From: Veleropilina oligotropha
Lineage: Eukaryota
Direction of reading: 5' to 3'
Length of the DNA stretch: 51,625 bases
Assembly: GCA_048128005.1 (NCBI GenBank)
Contig: JBEUKZ010000110.1
Span: 62,001 to 113,625 of the forward strand
The translations under genes and the position numbers were made by a program. This document shows positions 33,679-46,599 of the stretch, piece by piece (within the stretch, counting starts at the first letter, position 1; each line of letters begins with the position of its first letter). The notes under the pieces were generated by a model, which had not been told where the DNA came from, made no database searches, and was given only the letters and a program-made list of their open reading frames with translations.

Positions 33679-33940
33679 CTGACACATATTGATATCCCCA
33701 TATGGGACTATTTTCTTCGTATTCTGGATCCCGTATATGAGCGTTCCCGAGGATGTCCCGGTACGATATATCTGACCAGTCTCCGGCCCGATTGTCCAGT
33801 CGATTCTCAAACATGATGTCGTCTTGACTCCCCACATCATCTTCGTTTGCAAGATTGTATAGGTCACGCAGCAAGAGGTCCTGATAAGACATAGCTGTTG
33901 AATACGCCACCATCATCGATATGAGGAGAGGGCAGTTCAT
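33679..33940 (-). CDS. SCG5: Neuroendocrine protein 7B2, coding exon 1 (signal peptide); acceptor at 33951
   Basis: MNCPLLISMMVAYSTA signal, then ...HIRDPEYEENSPIWGYQYVSG (cf. invertebrate 7B2 IRDQEYL.HS.LWG.QY..GGAGEG). GT donor, phase 1. Confidence 0.88.
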
Positions 33941-36688
33941 GGTTGGTGGATCTGAAACAAGGAACAATTATTTATATTTTATTACCGTCGGTTCCAGATG
34001 ACAACCCCACATTCGGAAAGTTGACATAATCTATTTGTGGGTATTATTAACACCAATATGCTAACAATTCTAAGGCATTTTGGTAAAATAAATAACAAGC
34101 ATGTAAAAAATATTACTGCTGCATGAAATTATTGCAATGTCTCGAAATTTCAACCATAATATGAAATTTTCTAAATAGAATTTCAAAATGTCAAACATTT
34201 TTAAGTTTTATTCTTGCTTATGCTTTTGTTATTATTTCAGCATCACCTAAATGAGCATATTTTAAATTTGTCGAAACTTTGTTTCCGTGTTTAATTTCAC
34301 ATTTTCACGAACGGATTCTATATAAATACTGTAAATACGCATTTGAACAATTTAAATATGAAAACCACAAGTTTTTGTGATCATAACAAAACAATATTGC
34401 GGTTTAGTTGTTTGTCATTTAAAATGAGCGTATTTATGCGCGATAATCCAATATATTTCGCCTCCTAAAGGCGATCTGAATTTGCAGAAATTGATAAAGA
34501 AATGTTCAAATTTTATAAAGAAGTACCATAATTATGTACTGTATGTCATATCTACTATTCATTATCCCAACAATATTTTTTGTAGTAAACAAAATCATCT
34601 CAAAGCGTTCAACTTCACAAAGAGTTATATAACTTCGGAAATAGTTGTTATTTTCCAGTTTTCCTAGGTATGGTAGGCCTACCCAATTAATTGGTATCCG
34701 ATGTCAATATAGCATTGATTAACTATTATATCTGTTCACTGTTGTTACTAGCCTACGTAAATGACCTTAATCAAGATTCCGAGTTGTTAATTATACTTGT
34801 GGCGATTACTTTCTATGAACTTATTCAAAGTATTCGACCGAAATATGGTAATGTCTTCTCTATAACTATTTTACACCAGCAACAATATATGCAATCGTCA
34901 TATTTAATGACTATATCTTTGTAAATTTAAGCTAAAAATCACAAGGTGAGTTTGATCTACAACGATCAACCGGACAGACGGACAGCCAGAGTCACCTTTC
35001 TGACGGTGATGCCAACTTAAAATACATCCAGATCTGAATATTGACTTTTTTTAAAAACTTCAAATTGAAACTAAAATATAATCAAAACGAGACTAATTTT
35101 ACATGTATATATTTAAAAGGTACTACAGTATAAACGACAAATGTGTAGGCCTGCACAATAAGAATGTTCTAAATTGCGGTATAATCCAGGATTTAATATT
35201 ATTGGAAAATTTGCACACAATGGATCTAATTAATGGTGCAATTGACCAGATGATACATGCAATTATGTAATTACCATCCGTCTATATCACTCATAGTTGC
35301 ATCGTTATATGTATACAACATTATGTTCATCATTTTTTTTCAAATATATATATAGATATAACATTCACCTATTCTACATACTTTCATTTTGCTGGCAGAA
35401 ATGTATTTTTCGACTGCGTGCCAAATATATTGACCATATCAATGGCAGGAATCTTAGTATTTACCAGTAGTATACTGTTTGTGTGTGTAGCACCATTTTA
35501 CCATTGCGTACGTAATTTTAAAATGAATGAGGTGTTCTATATATCCCTGTTTCGTTCATTTCATCAAACAAAATAACATCATTGGTATATATATATATGT
35601 TATCGATTGATTTGGTACCAGATCTTTCAAATGGTAAACGCCATGTTTAGCATGGATGTGATCGCGACAAATATAGATGTCTTTGAATATACAGAGAGTT
35701 TCAATGTAGGCCTACCTTCTCTACAGGCTCATTTATCCTATGCTGTTATTTTAATTTATTGCTTTATCAAATAAAATAATGCCTACACCGTAAATCCTTA
35801 TTCGATCATAAAATATTATCCTTACCGTATTTTCGTTTCTTCTGGTCTTTCTTTAGAGGGTGACGTCACAAATTAATTATGTTGATCTCGTTCAATAAAA
35901 TCGGTATAATGAAAAACGGATGTAAAATGCTCACAATAATTTTTACCCGTCGCCGTAAAATGAAAGAAAATTGCAGACAATTTCATAATTTACTAAACGT
36001 ACAGCTATTTATCTCTCAATGTCGGTAATACATGACCTTTTATTATTTGTTCTCATTACCAGTGCCGTTTGTCGGTCTCTTTTCATCTGCGCATGTGTGC
36101 AACCCAGAGGATCGATATGAAATTGATTAGCGAGAGGAGAGGGTAATCAATATGCGCATGTGCATAACATACTTCCATTATCTTCAGACCAGATTGTTAC
36201 GCATTCAAGGCTTGTGGGAGAATGAAGCGACAGCGTTGTCATGGAAGCGTAGAATTATGTGATGATAATTACTTCTCATTTAGCTGCAATGTTCAATATG
36301 ATAAATTAATAACGATCACGGCAATATGAAACGTCATCCGAATAATATATATTGCCGATAATATAGAAATGATCAGAAATTCTGATCTCGAGATGGTCAA
36401 AATAATGGTTAATAACATTTGTCACAAGTTCCGATCATAACCAAAGCTTTGTCAGTATGAAATCGTAAATATTTATTCAACAAAATAGAATTAAATGTGT
36501 TCGTTATCGTAAACCGGCGAGATGGTTCTCAGATGGCAAATGGTTCAATCATAATAGACAACCCTTTTCGATGCGTTATGCCAAAAAATTTTGTTACAAA
36601 TATTGAACAGAGGTAAATTGCTTCATATCTACACAAATCTTCATTGAGAAATTGGATATTACGCAAAATGAAGCTATGCGCATAATAA

Positions 36689-37717
36689 TGCCAGGTCACA
36701 AATACATCGTAAGCAGACTACGATGTGTGTTTTTGAAGATGTCGTACGGGCATCGACGACATCCTACGGACATCGGTGATTTTTCGCCGGTTTGGGGGCT
36801 TCGTATGGTCATCGGCAACTTTTATCGCGGAGTTATAATTTTTGAAAATTGTAAGATTTTTAAATCAAGAAATCACCGCAGGCATATCGTGACTCCGTGA
36901 TATATCGTAGGAAGCCCGTAGGACATAATGTAACCTTAAGGCTTGGTCAGACCGAGCTACGACGTCGTGCGATGGGATGAGATTCTAGATATCTACGATT
37001 GTCCCTGACTCGGCTACGATATTACAATCTTAGGTTTGTGGTCACACTGGTTAGGATGGGTTTGCGACGCATCTGGGACAATTGTAAGAAAATCGTACGA
37101 CCGTCGTACGACCACTGCACGACCATCGCACGACGTCGCACGACCATCGCCCAAAATCGCGGGAAGGTCGTACGACATCATTAATTAATATTTTCAGGTA
37201 AGAGCAGATTAAAATGTCGTACAATTAGACGCGACGTCGCACGACGTCGTGTGATGTCACACGACGTCGTGTGCTGTCACACGACGTCGTGTGACGTAGT
37301 ACGACATCGCGCGATGATCCTACGATACCTACAATCCGGGGAATCGCAGCCAGGTTTTTTAACATGACCAAAAACCGCCAGGACGTCGTGCGAGGGCCAC
37401 CGATGGCTGCGACGTCGTGCAACGTCGCACGATTACGCACGATTCACCCCCGATGGTCCGCGATCACCCGAAATTCAGCCCTCGCAGGTGGTCGTACGAC
37501 GTCTTAAGGCTGGTGTGACCGTAGCTTTACGATTTCCGCACGATTTGATCGCCTGAAAATTTGTGTCAGCCCGTATACTATACTATATCTAGTGTGACCA
37601 TGGCACAGATTTCCCAGATACCTACGATTATTTCCCGATGTCGGTGAAGCTGGGACGCCGTTACGCCGTACGGTTATCCACCGTCGCACGGCGACCGGTT
37701 TATTTGTGACCTGGGCA
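36689..37717. mobile_element. Nested PIF/Harbinger-type MITEs (outer 36689-37717, inner ~36939-37526)
   Basis: Outer TIRs tgccaggtcacaaata / tatttgtgacctgggca. Inner TIRs aggcttggtcagacc / ggtgtgaccgtagct with TTA on both flanks. CpG-rich cgacgtcg sub-repeats. Confidence 0.7.
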
Positions 37718-38616
37718 TACCTTGATAGCACTTATTTCAATTACATTTAAAGAAAAAGACCTGAACGACATTGAGTTGTGTGGTAAGAATATTACATTAA
37801 AACATTTTGACAGGCACTCGCATATGTATGCATATGGGTTCTACATATATAGTATACAATATTATATCCAATTACAATTTACGAAAGAGCGAAATAACTA
37901 TGTCCATTCCCTCTTTCCCCACACAATAGTTAAGCAATAGAATAGGCCTACTTCTGCAGTCTAAACAAAAACGAACTCCTCAATTCATTTAAATTATCAA
38001 GCAATATACAGTTTGAGAAGAAATATATTTCAATATAATTAACTTGAAGTTATTTAAATATGTAGGCTATAATATTATGTGTGTGTGTGTTTGTGCATGT
38101 CATGGTCGTGATTGGAATATGATAATATCCGATTCGAACATCGGTTTTCCTTCTCCTTTCGATATACGGGCAACTGTTTTTTAGCCATCATTAAATTAGC
38201 CATGCCACATAGGTGTGGAGTGACCTTCGAACCCGCATTCTAGCGTTCTAATTAACGTTTATCCGACACTCTATTGAGAAAAGTATCAACTATTTAAACG
38301 ATATGGTTGGATCAAATAATGGAGTTATACAAATTACTGAGCTTCGGCGATGTTTGGTGGATGTTTTGTTTGCCGAGTTTCGATAATACGTTCCGGAATG
38401 ATTGCCCATAATAGGCCTATACTCGAACCACGTAATAATAAGGGAAGACACTGATTACTGTAGTCATAATAATTATTGTGACATTTTATTATTGTGACAT
38501 ATTTTCTCAATCTCAATACATTTTCGTGACAGCAATTGCTTAATTGGTATCGTTATATGTTTACTAATAACATTTCGTAAGTTGTTTTAATTTTGTGTTT
38601 TAATTAGTCTTCTAGT

Positions 38617-39180
38617 TCAATAATCATCCGGGTGACGCACTTTTACGTCAATCCAAGAATTCTGATCAATTCCAACGTGGGTATTTTTGAACGTCATGTA
38701 ACACCACAAAGGAGGGTGGATCGGTCCGTCACATGGAATGCGATACGCAGCGTCACACATGTGACGTAAATCATACGCGAGTGATTCGTCTAGCGGAGTC
38801 ACACCGAGAGCATGGAGTAACTCGTCCCAGCGACGTGTGCAGCGCACGAATTGCTTGACAGAAGCGTGTCCGCGACTCGGTGATTTTTTAATGTAGACTT
38901 TCCGACTTCGTATAACACCATCTTTGATGAAGAGATTTCCTCTAATCCAAAGATAACTGTTGATACTTGGGCTCTCTCTTATGGATATTTTAGAGCTACC
39001 AGTCAGGGTATTATAGCTGTTTGCATCTGGCTGATCTAGCGGCGACTCCTCCTTCATGGTTTTCATTTCGTCATTAACGGAATTTTGTGAGCCTGCGTCA
39101 TGCAAAAACCACGCGATTGATAAGTTGCGTGCCACGATGAATACGCTCAGAATGATCACTCTGGTTATGACAGGAAGCAT
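38617..39180 (-). CDS. Hypothetical secreted protein, 187 aa, family not recognised
   Basis: Longest non-TE ORF in an AT-rich region. Hydrophobic N-terminus, ATG immediately after an acceptor (tctacag|ATG), 4 Cys in the C-terminal half, AATAAA ~130 nt after the stop (38485-38490). Confidence 0.6.
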   Translation of the reverse strand: MLPVITRVIILSVFIVARNLSIAWFLHDAGSQNSVNDEMKTMKEESPLDQPDANSYNTLTGSSKISIRESPSINSYLWIRGNLFIKDGVIRSRKVYIKKSPSRGHASVKQFVRCTRRWDELLHALGVTPLDESLAYDLRHMCDAAYRIPCDGPIHPPLWCYMTFKNTHVGIDQNSWIDVKVRHPDDY

Positions 39181-40520
39181 CTGTAGATCAGATGATAGTA
39201 TTATAAACCCTCAATTTAAATACTTCAAAGGCAATAATAAAGGAAAAGAAAATTCATATGATATTATATGTCAAATTTTCAAACCTATGCTGGAATTTTT
39301 CGCAATTTCGAAAAGATTTGGGTCAATGACCTGTCCATAATTTTTATCGCTGGAAAAAAGCCTGGTTGCGCGGATAAACCAGCGCTCGCTCCTATTAAAC
39401 AGAGCAATCAAGCGGGCGAATTGAGAATCGGCGCTCTTATACATTCGACTATACCGTTGCGACCGGATGAAAAGGCATACTATTATGTTTTCAATGACAT
39501 ACATACATATTGCCATCTACTTGTATATGGCCGCTCCGATAGCCGAGTGAATAAGAAAGCGGACCCTGAATTAAGTTTTCTGACTGCTCTGTTTAATACG
39601 AGTGCGTTGGAACCTCGGTTGGTGCAATGGCATTCTTTGTTCGGTTACCAGTTGTCTATAGCTAACTAGAGATGGTGGATTTTATCGGGATTTTCTCCCG
39701 CGATAATATTGACATGCCCTGCTATGAAGGTGTAGGCTAATACAAACAGTAAAGGAAACATCTATCTATACCAAATCGGAGTCAACCACTTAGGCATTCA
39801 AATATGTATACAGTACAAAGCAGTATCAATGATAATAATCTGTCATATATATATTTATCATATATCAGGGTCATTTTTCATAGGGCGAAAGTGTTTATTA
39901 AAAGCGATATCAACCTGTTGAAGTGTTTAATATCGACTTCTATTGTAATTTTGATTGGATAATTTAATCAATGGGACCGAACAGCCAATTGTATAACGGG
40001 TCACAAAAGGTCATTGCCAGTAATTGAGGACTTCTTTCAATATTACGATTTTTACTATGAACGTGATTATTGCAGTGTTGCACGAATAGTACTCGTATGT
40101 GCAACTAACGATCAATATTTAGTAAAACTATTAGGTGCAGATATACAGGTAAGATCGTTTAACTCCCGATTATCATAGCATGCAAAATTCAATGTAGTAC
40201 TTTGCAATTTGCTTTCCGTTATGCAGTCTGTTGGTGTATATTTCATTCACAGCATTTATAGCAGCCATATTACCGTCGCTTCGATCTCATTTTAGATGGA
40301 GACTACCATATTAACGTTGAATTTTTATAAAATTATTCTGAAATCGTGTTTTATAATTGTTAACATATACAAAGCCGACAAATTTTTCCTGATTCTGATG
40401 TTTTATATATGCAAGTTGACGAATTTTCGTCGTGAAGCAGACGACAAATAGTTTCCATGTCGACAACATTAACGAATTCGGGATACAAGCGTCATGCGTA
40501 CCGCGCATTGAATGTTCTCT

Positions 40521-40930
40521 GAATAGAGCTTGTTGGATCAGTATACTATTGATAAAGCGACATTAGTTCTTTTCATAACAGCATTTGTTGCTCTTTATAG
40601 TATATAGAGTCGGTAAAAACGGGGTTATTTTTCACACATTGCCACATTTTCATGACGCCAACAATCACAAATTTCACCTTCTATTACTACGCCGCATAAT
40701 CATGTTAGAACGCGTAAAAATTAAAAGCAACGTTGTACAGCTTGTTTCTTTATAAATTTAAGATATATGATAAATAGAATCTCACATTCGTGGTCATTTA
40801 ATATCACATTTATGAAACTCGTGATCTAATTTTCATATTTTCCTCGGTGAAAACCTCTAAAACTATGAAAATTAGTAAAATAATTTCATAAATGTGATAT
40901 TAAATGACCACTCATGTGAGATCCCCTCTC
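40521..40930. repeat. ~400-bp dispersed element ending in the 155-bp hairpin; diverged direct copy at 43305-43710
   Basis: gaatagagcttgttgg...tattactacgccgcataat...cgttgtacagcttgtttctttataa...hairpin is present in both copies. Confidence 0.8.
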
Positions 40931-41046
40931 TATATATATTAATATATTTCGGTGATTTTAACCATAAAATAAATTAAACATATACGTACATTAGCGTTTT
41001 AAGAATGATAAAATTCTCAATAAATAACACAATATGTAATGCTTAC

Positions 41047-41140
41047 CCTTTGTCCAGGAAAACAAAGTGATGTGGACAGATGCCTCGTGATCGATCTACT
41101 TCAGCATTAGGAGATTATGAGATAATCTATGTGATTTATA
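41047..41140 (-). promoter_or_regulatory. Candidate TATA box and short non-coding first exon for the 187-aa gene
   Basis: TATAAA on the minus strand at ~41134-41139, and a strong donor AGG|GTAAGC ~90 nt downstream (41047). Confidence 0.3.
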
Positions 41141-44057
41141 TCCATAGAAACGGAAATTGCATTAGGAACGACCAGATTTCAATTCTAAGCGCTGCATAGA
41201 CGTTAGTTCATGAACAAAATAATACTAGGCAATTAAAATAATATTTATGTTTCGAAACAAATATATTGAATAAACTAAATATTTTAATAATTAATATGTA
41301 ATACATAATACACTGCCAGCCCGAGCGTTATAATTCACATAACAAACCGAATCAGAACGAGGCTGTTATATTATAACGCAGAGGGGTGGCAGCTGTATTA
41401 TCTGTTATACACACTGCGGAAATATATTGTAAATTGCAAGCTGTAAACCCGTAAAACATTCATATCATGCTCTAGAGGGCGATATGGTGAGCAATTGAGA
41501 GTAGACTCTTCCATTGGCAGATTGGCAAATCTATTGTCTCTCAATTTAGTCTGTCCAGCTAGCCGAGCTAACCATCGTCTGGAATCAATGTTTCAATCAA
41601 CACTAGGAGGGCTATTGTTCACATAATCGAGCCATGATGTGTGCATTGATATTGCACATTCCAATTCACTTAATCGGTAGTAACTATGAAGTCAATGAAC
41701 GTTATATTACCCTGCTCTGAAATACGTGTCATCATTGTGCATTGTGATATGTTCTGCCATTGTCCTATATGTCTCAAATTTTGAATACTTGTTAGATATA
41801 ATATTATTTGTTGTCACATATTTTCAATGTGCGGGAGGAAAAAACCCAATCGCCAGTGGAAACCAGCCCAATCACCTGAGGAAACCAGCCCTCTCCGAGC
41901 AGGTACGGACAACTTTGATTGATAACTAAACAAAGAATGTCATTGCTCAATCGAGATTCGAACTGGCTCCTTTTAGTTAGGGCAATGGATAGCGGTAAAA
42001 GACAAAACTACCGCTAACGCGCAACTATTCAACGCTGTCAAAGCATGAAAAGTTGCTACCAAGACATAAAAAGCAGAAAGTTCATCACAATAAACATTCA
42101 GGATTACAAATCTCCAATTTGCATTCGGAAGCTTTAAAGAACTGCAAAAAACACATTATAAGTTTCAAAACAAGATCAGGACAACATGTCAATAAACGAC
42201 ATCCTCCTGTCAAACTATGATGTTCATGCTTCGCCGATCTGTTGTCTGTAATATTGATGATTGACATGTGAGCATAATTTCCCATGCACTCTACTGATCT
42301 TACTTCCTCATGTACAAATAAGTCATTCTAACACTGAAAAACTGTATACATCAGGAATATATGATCATATACACAGCACAGGCCCTATTTCAATGACAAT
42401 TAGGAACTCATTATTAAATTTGCATATTTACTGCACATTGCATGTATAAACCGCACTGGTATTGACTAAAATGACGGTCAATGACAGATCACTATTAACT
42501 TTTTGATCAACCCATGGAAATCATGTCAAATCTCATCCAGAATTTCACTAGGCTGTCTCATTTAAATCTGGTCATGTTTGCCAATATCTGCATATCAATG
42601 TGATACATTTTTGTAATTAGCTTGACTTTCTCTACTTTTGGAACGAAATCTGACATTTTGTGTATTTTTTCAAAACAATGCTAATTTGAAAGAAACTTTT
42701 TTAAATTATGCAAAATTTTAGATTTGAATTACTTAAAGATCCATTGTCGAATTTTGAACTGTTTGTGGTATACCAACAGAGAACTGTAGCATAACAGCAT
42801 GAATGGTAATTATCTTAAGATAATTGAAAATACAGGCACAAAATTACAACAAATCCGTGTTTGACCGCAACGTCTGAGAATCTTCCACGGAAATCGATAG
42901 GGGGGGGGGGGGGCCTACCTGTTATGCACCGGAAAATGACGTTTAATTTTTATTATTTACCGGAATTGTTATATATTTTCAATGTAGGCTTATAATATGA
43001 TTACCTAAATTATATGCAGATTTTATTGATTTTGAAAAAAATTGTCCCAAATAGGCCTCACTCCACAGTTATCTATCCTGAAAAATCCCTTCTCCCGGAT
43101 GTGACGAAAGCAATTATATAGTGCTCTGTGGAATGATGTTACTTCATGTATTCCTGTAGGCCTACATTTGCTGGTGTGATTTTTTACTGCATCACATTAA
43201 AAAAAATTATATGTTTCATCGGGTATGCAATTAATCAATATCTGAGCCCTTCAAACTGGATAAGGAAATCGACACCCAACCCTCACGCTTGTTTATTGTT
43301 ATTTGAATAGAGCTTGTTGGAGTAGTATATATTGAAATTAAAGCGACATTAGTTATTTTCTTAACCGCATTTGTTGCTCTGTATAGTTCATAGAGTAGAT
43401 GAACGGAGTTATTTTTCACACTCATTGGTACTTTTTCATGGCGTGAACAATCAATTTACAAATTTACCCTAGGCAATATTACTACGCCGCATAATTATGT
43501 CAGTAGTATTATGTTAGAACGTGACAGCAAAATTAAAAACTACGTTGTACAGCTTGTTTCTTTATAAGTTTGAGATATATGATAACCAGAATCTCACATT
43601 CGTGGTCATTTAATATCACATTTATGAAACTCGTTAACTAATTTTCATATTTTCCTCGGTAAAACCTCGGAAAATATGAAAATTAGTTAACGAGTTTCAT
43701 AAATGTGATATCGATTGGTAACATTTTATGTAAAAAAATGTACTATGGATGATCACTCACGCTACCATGACAATTGTGGGGGTTAAGTTACGACGAATAT
43801 AATATTATATTCTTTGAAAATATCGAACCATTCGAGAAAGATAGACAACCAAGGGTAACAATGGTACATAATCTATTTGTCCTATAACTACATGAACAAA
43901 GCTAGGAAAACGCCGTTCGACAGGGAGGATATACCCAAGACGCAGTCAGATAAAGATACCGCGAAATCGACCCATGCAACATTGGACTGAGTTCATAATT
44001 TATATGGACTGTAATATAACATTAAATATGACCTGCAGTATGTACTAATGTTTGTAC

Positions 44058-44201
44058 CTGAAGGATAAAGATGTTCCACGCCATGAATATATTTTGCATC
44101 GTCCTGGTCGCGTATTTAAGATTTATTCAAGATTTGGTAGGACATGGCTGCCGAATAACCGACCATCAACGAACGGAAAATATAGTTCGTGATAAGTGTA
44201 T
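44058..44201 (-). pseudogene. Degenerate duplicate of 7B2 coding exon 1
   Basis: Same acceptor position and 11-nt leader; ATG changed to ACG. Reads TNYIFRSLMVGYSAAMSYQ..*IRDQ...YPSG vs MNCPLLISMMVAYSTAMSYQ...IRDP...YVSG. Same phase-1 donor; in-frame TAA at 44118. Confidence 0.75.
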
Positions 44202-44616
44202 CTAAAAATGGAAAAAATATTAATACAATTCATATTTATTCCTATCACATGCATATTATTGCTTTAACTACGCCATCAAAACGAACACTGGACCCACTAA
44301 AGCTGTTCATGCTAAAGATGATAGTCTAACCTCATGCTTGAGATCAGGATGGTATATATATGAGTACGCATTTCATATGACACTTGGGTTCATTTGTCCA
44401 TTAAATTAGTGCTTAGAAAATACGTCAGTAGTCGGGAAAGATAAATAGTAATCGTTACTCGGCCTCATTACGTCTGAATTCCTTTATGACATGGGTCAAC
44501 TTCCTTTTAGAGTTTCGTGTTTATGAATAATATATTAAGCAATATTATTGACCCAGAACGATTATATAACAAAGTGATTATTGGTCCAGAAGACATGCAT
44601 ACATGTTTAGTATGTA

Positions 44617-45076
44617 CCGTAAAGCTTCTAATAGTAGCCGGGGCTCTAATAGACGCCGGGGGTACGAGTGTATTGAAATTAATAGTCGCCGGGCCTCTAA
44701 TAAACGCCGGGTCCGTCAGACTTGTCATGATGACATGGCAACGAACAAGAGCAAAAATAAAAGCAAAGGTTACTGTGTTCACGCGCTTTGTCCGTCTGTG
44801 TGGTGTCTGGACGACCCAACGTGCATGGTGTCTGGTGATGTATTTTATTAATGTCAAGAACAAAGTAATATATTTTGACTTTTGAAAGCAACATTCGAGG
44901 ATTTCATGTTAACAAGTCGACCTTGACACCAGTTGAAGGTGAAGTTCTAAGTACATTAATAGTTAACGAAATTAATAGACGCCGTGCCTCTAATAAACAC
45001 CGGTCTCTAACAGACACCGGGTCTACGAACTATATGAAATCAGTTAACGCCCGGGCGTCTATTAGAAGCTTTACGG
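44617..45076. mobile_element. Tc1/mariner-type MITE with TA TSD
   Basis: TA|ccgtaaagcttctaatag ... ctattagaagctttacgg|TA, with internal ctctaatagacgccgg repeats. Confidence 0.85.
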
Positions 45077-45289
45077 TATTTGTTCTTCCATTGCGTTAGG
45101 ATTGTTTTGAATCGATGATTAATACCCGATTTTAAAAGCATCTTGGTTATTATCAGGACTTGTCTATATAATCGCCTGAGGAAAACTGGGTCTTCAAACA
45201 GTTTACAGTTGATTTTGTTAACAGAACAAAGATTATATAGTCTTGGATATTATATGGTTTAATCATCGTTTCGCTGTCGCAGAGATTTA

Positions 45290-45785
45290 CAGTCAACCGT
45301 TCTAGTCAGATTTGATTCAAAATTCTGACCAGGACACCACGCCAAACGATTTTCGTTGTTTTCGGATTCAAAATGGCCGCCGTGTTGGTCATTTTGTTGC
45401 AAGAGATTATGGTATGCCCTCTACAAGCTTTTTCGATCCGATTCAAATTTTATATGCACATTAAGTATGTTGAAATCACGACGCCTAGCGATTTTCGTCG
45501 TTATCGAAATCAAAATGGCTGGACATTTCTAGAGTGCGCTCTACAGTCAACACTTCTAATCCTATTTGATATAAACATTAGTCAAGATGGGGATACGATG
45601 TCTAATGATATCATAAGAGTTTTATCCTTATCACATTAAAAAATGAGTGCAGTGGCGGTCATTTTGTTTGAATGAATTTCTTCTGTGTGCTTTACAATCA
45701 ACGATTAAGACACGATTAATTTGTTAAAAAATTTCTGTGCACATTCATTATGATAAGGTGGCTATCCTGACCGATTTTCGCAATC
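45290..45785 (+). repeat. Degenerate inverted copies of the ~152-bp unit found at 3030-4780
   Basis: cgattttcgttgttttcggattcaaaatggccgccg and ctctacagtcaa motifs are the reverse complement of that unit. Confidence 0.55.
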
Positions 45786-46599
45786 TAGATTGATGTAGTG
45801 GGTCGAGATGGGCCTACACCTCTGTATCTCGAGTTGTGGACAGCTCGTCCGGCTGTGATCAAACTTAGAGGGAGATAACTATGTTAAATCTCACCGTTGC
45901 ATGACGTCATTAGTGTCCACCTTAAAAGAAACGTCAGCCAGGCGTGATCCGGTTTTAAAGTCTCCATCGGCATAAAAATGTTGTTTCCTCTTGCCTTACT
46001 TAAATGTTTTAAATTTCAGGCAATGGAATCATATAAAGTTTGAAATGTATAAGGTGCGGTAAACGTATAGACAATTTTTCCGTGTTCTTTGTCTTGAATG
46101 TACATTGAACATACTGCATCTATCTTCAAATAATTGAAGAAACGTACAAATAATTTAAGATAGGCGTACAATTCAACAGAAAATAGATTTAATTCAATTG
46201 AATATATCTGCAATTTAATTTAATATAGGTTCAATTAATTTGAAGTATTTGTACTTATCGAATATAACCTATCCTCAAGTGAATCCTATTTTCAATTAAA
46301 TTACACTTATCTTTAATTATTTTAACAGATCTTCAAATACAACATCTCCTTAAATCTTTCTTCAAATGCTATGAACTTGAAGGTTGTAAATAAACAGGAC
46401 ATTAGACATCGATCCAATCCAATCAAATCAAATCCATAGGGACAAAAGCCTTGGAGATATCGATAAAAAGGTTAACAGCGAATTCCTTTTTGTTAATAAC
46501 AGTTAAATTTAATCAATCACCTCAAGCAGCATCATGTACGTAGAATGTTTGCCTCTAAATCCAAATTGATGTTTTCAATTTATTTGAACAATCTATTAA

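Noticed and set aside
43876..44010. Second exon of the 7B2 relic
   Set aside because: An acceptor is present, but the translation shows no GGAGEG or PxNPCP similarity.
45902..45909. Second TGACGTCA as a promoter CRE for the 7B2 relic
   Set aside because: It is embedded in repeat-like sequence with no supporting exon or promoter signals.
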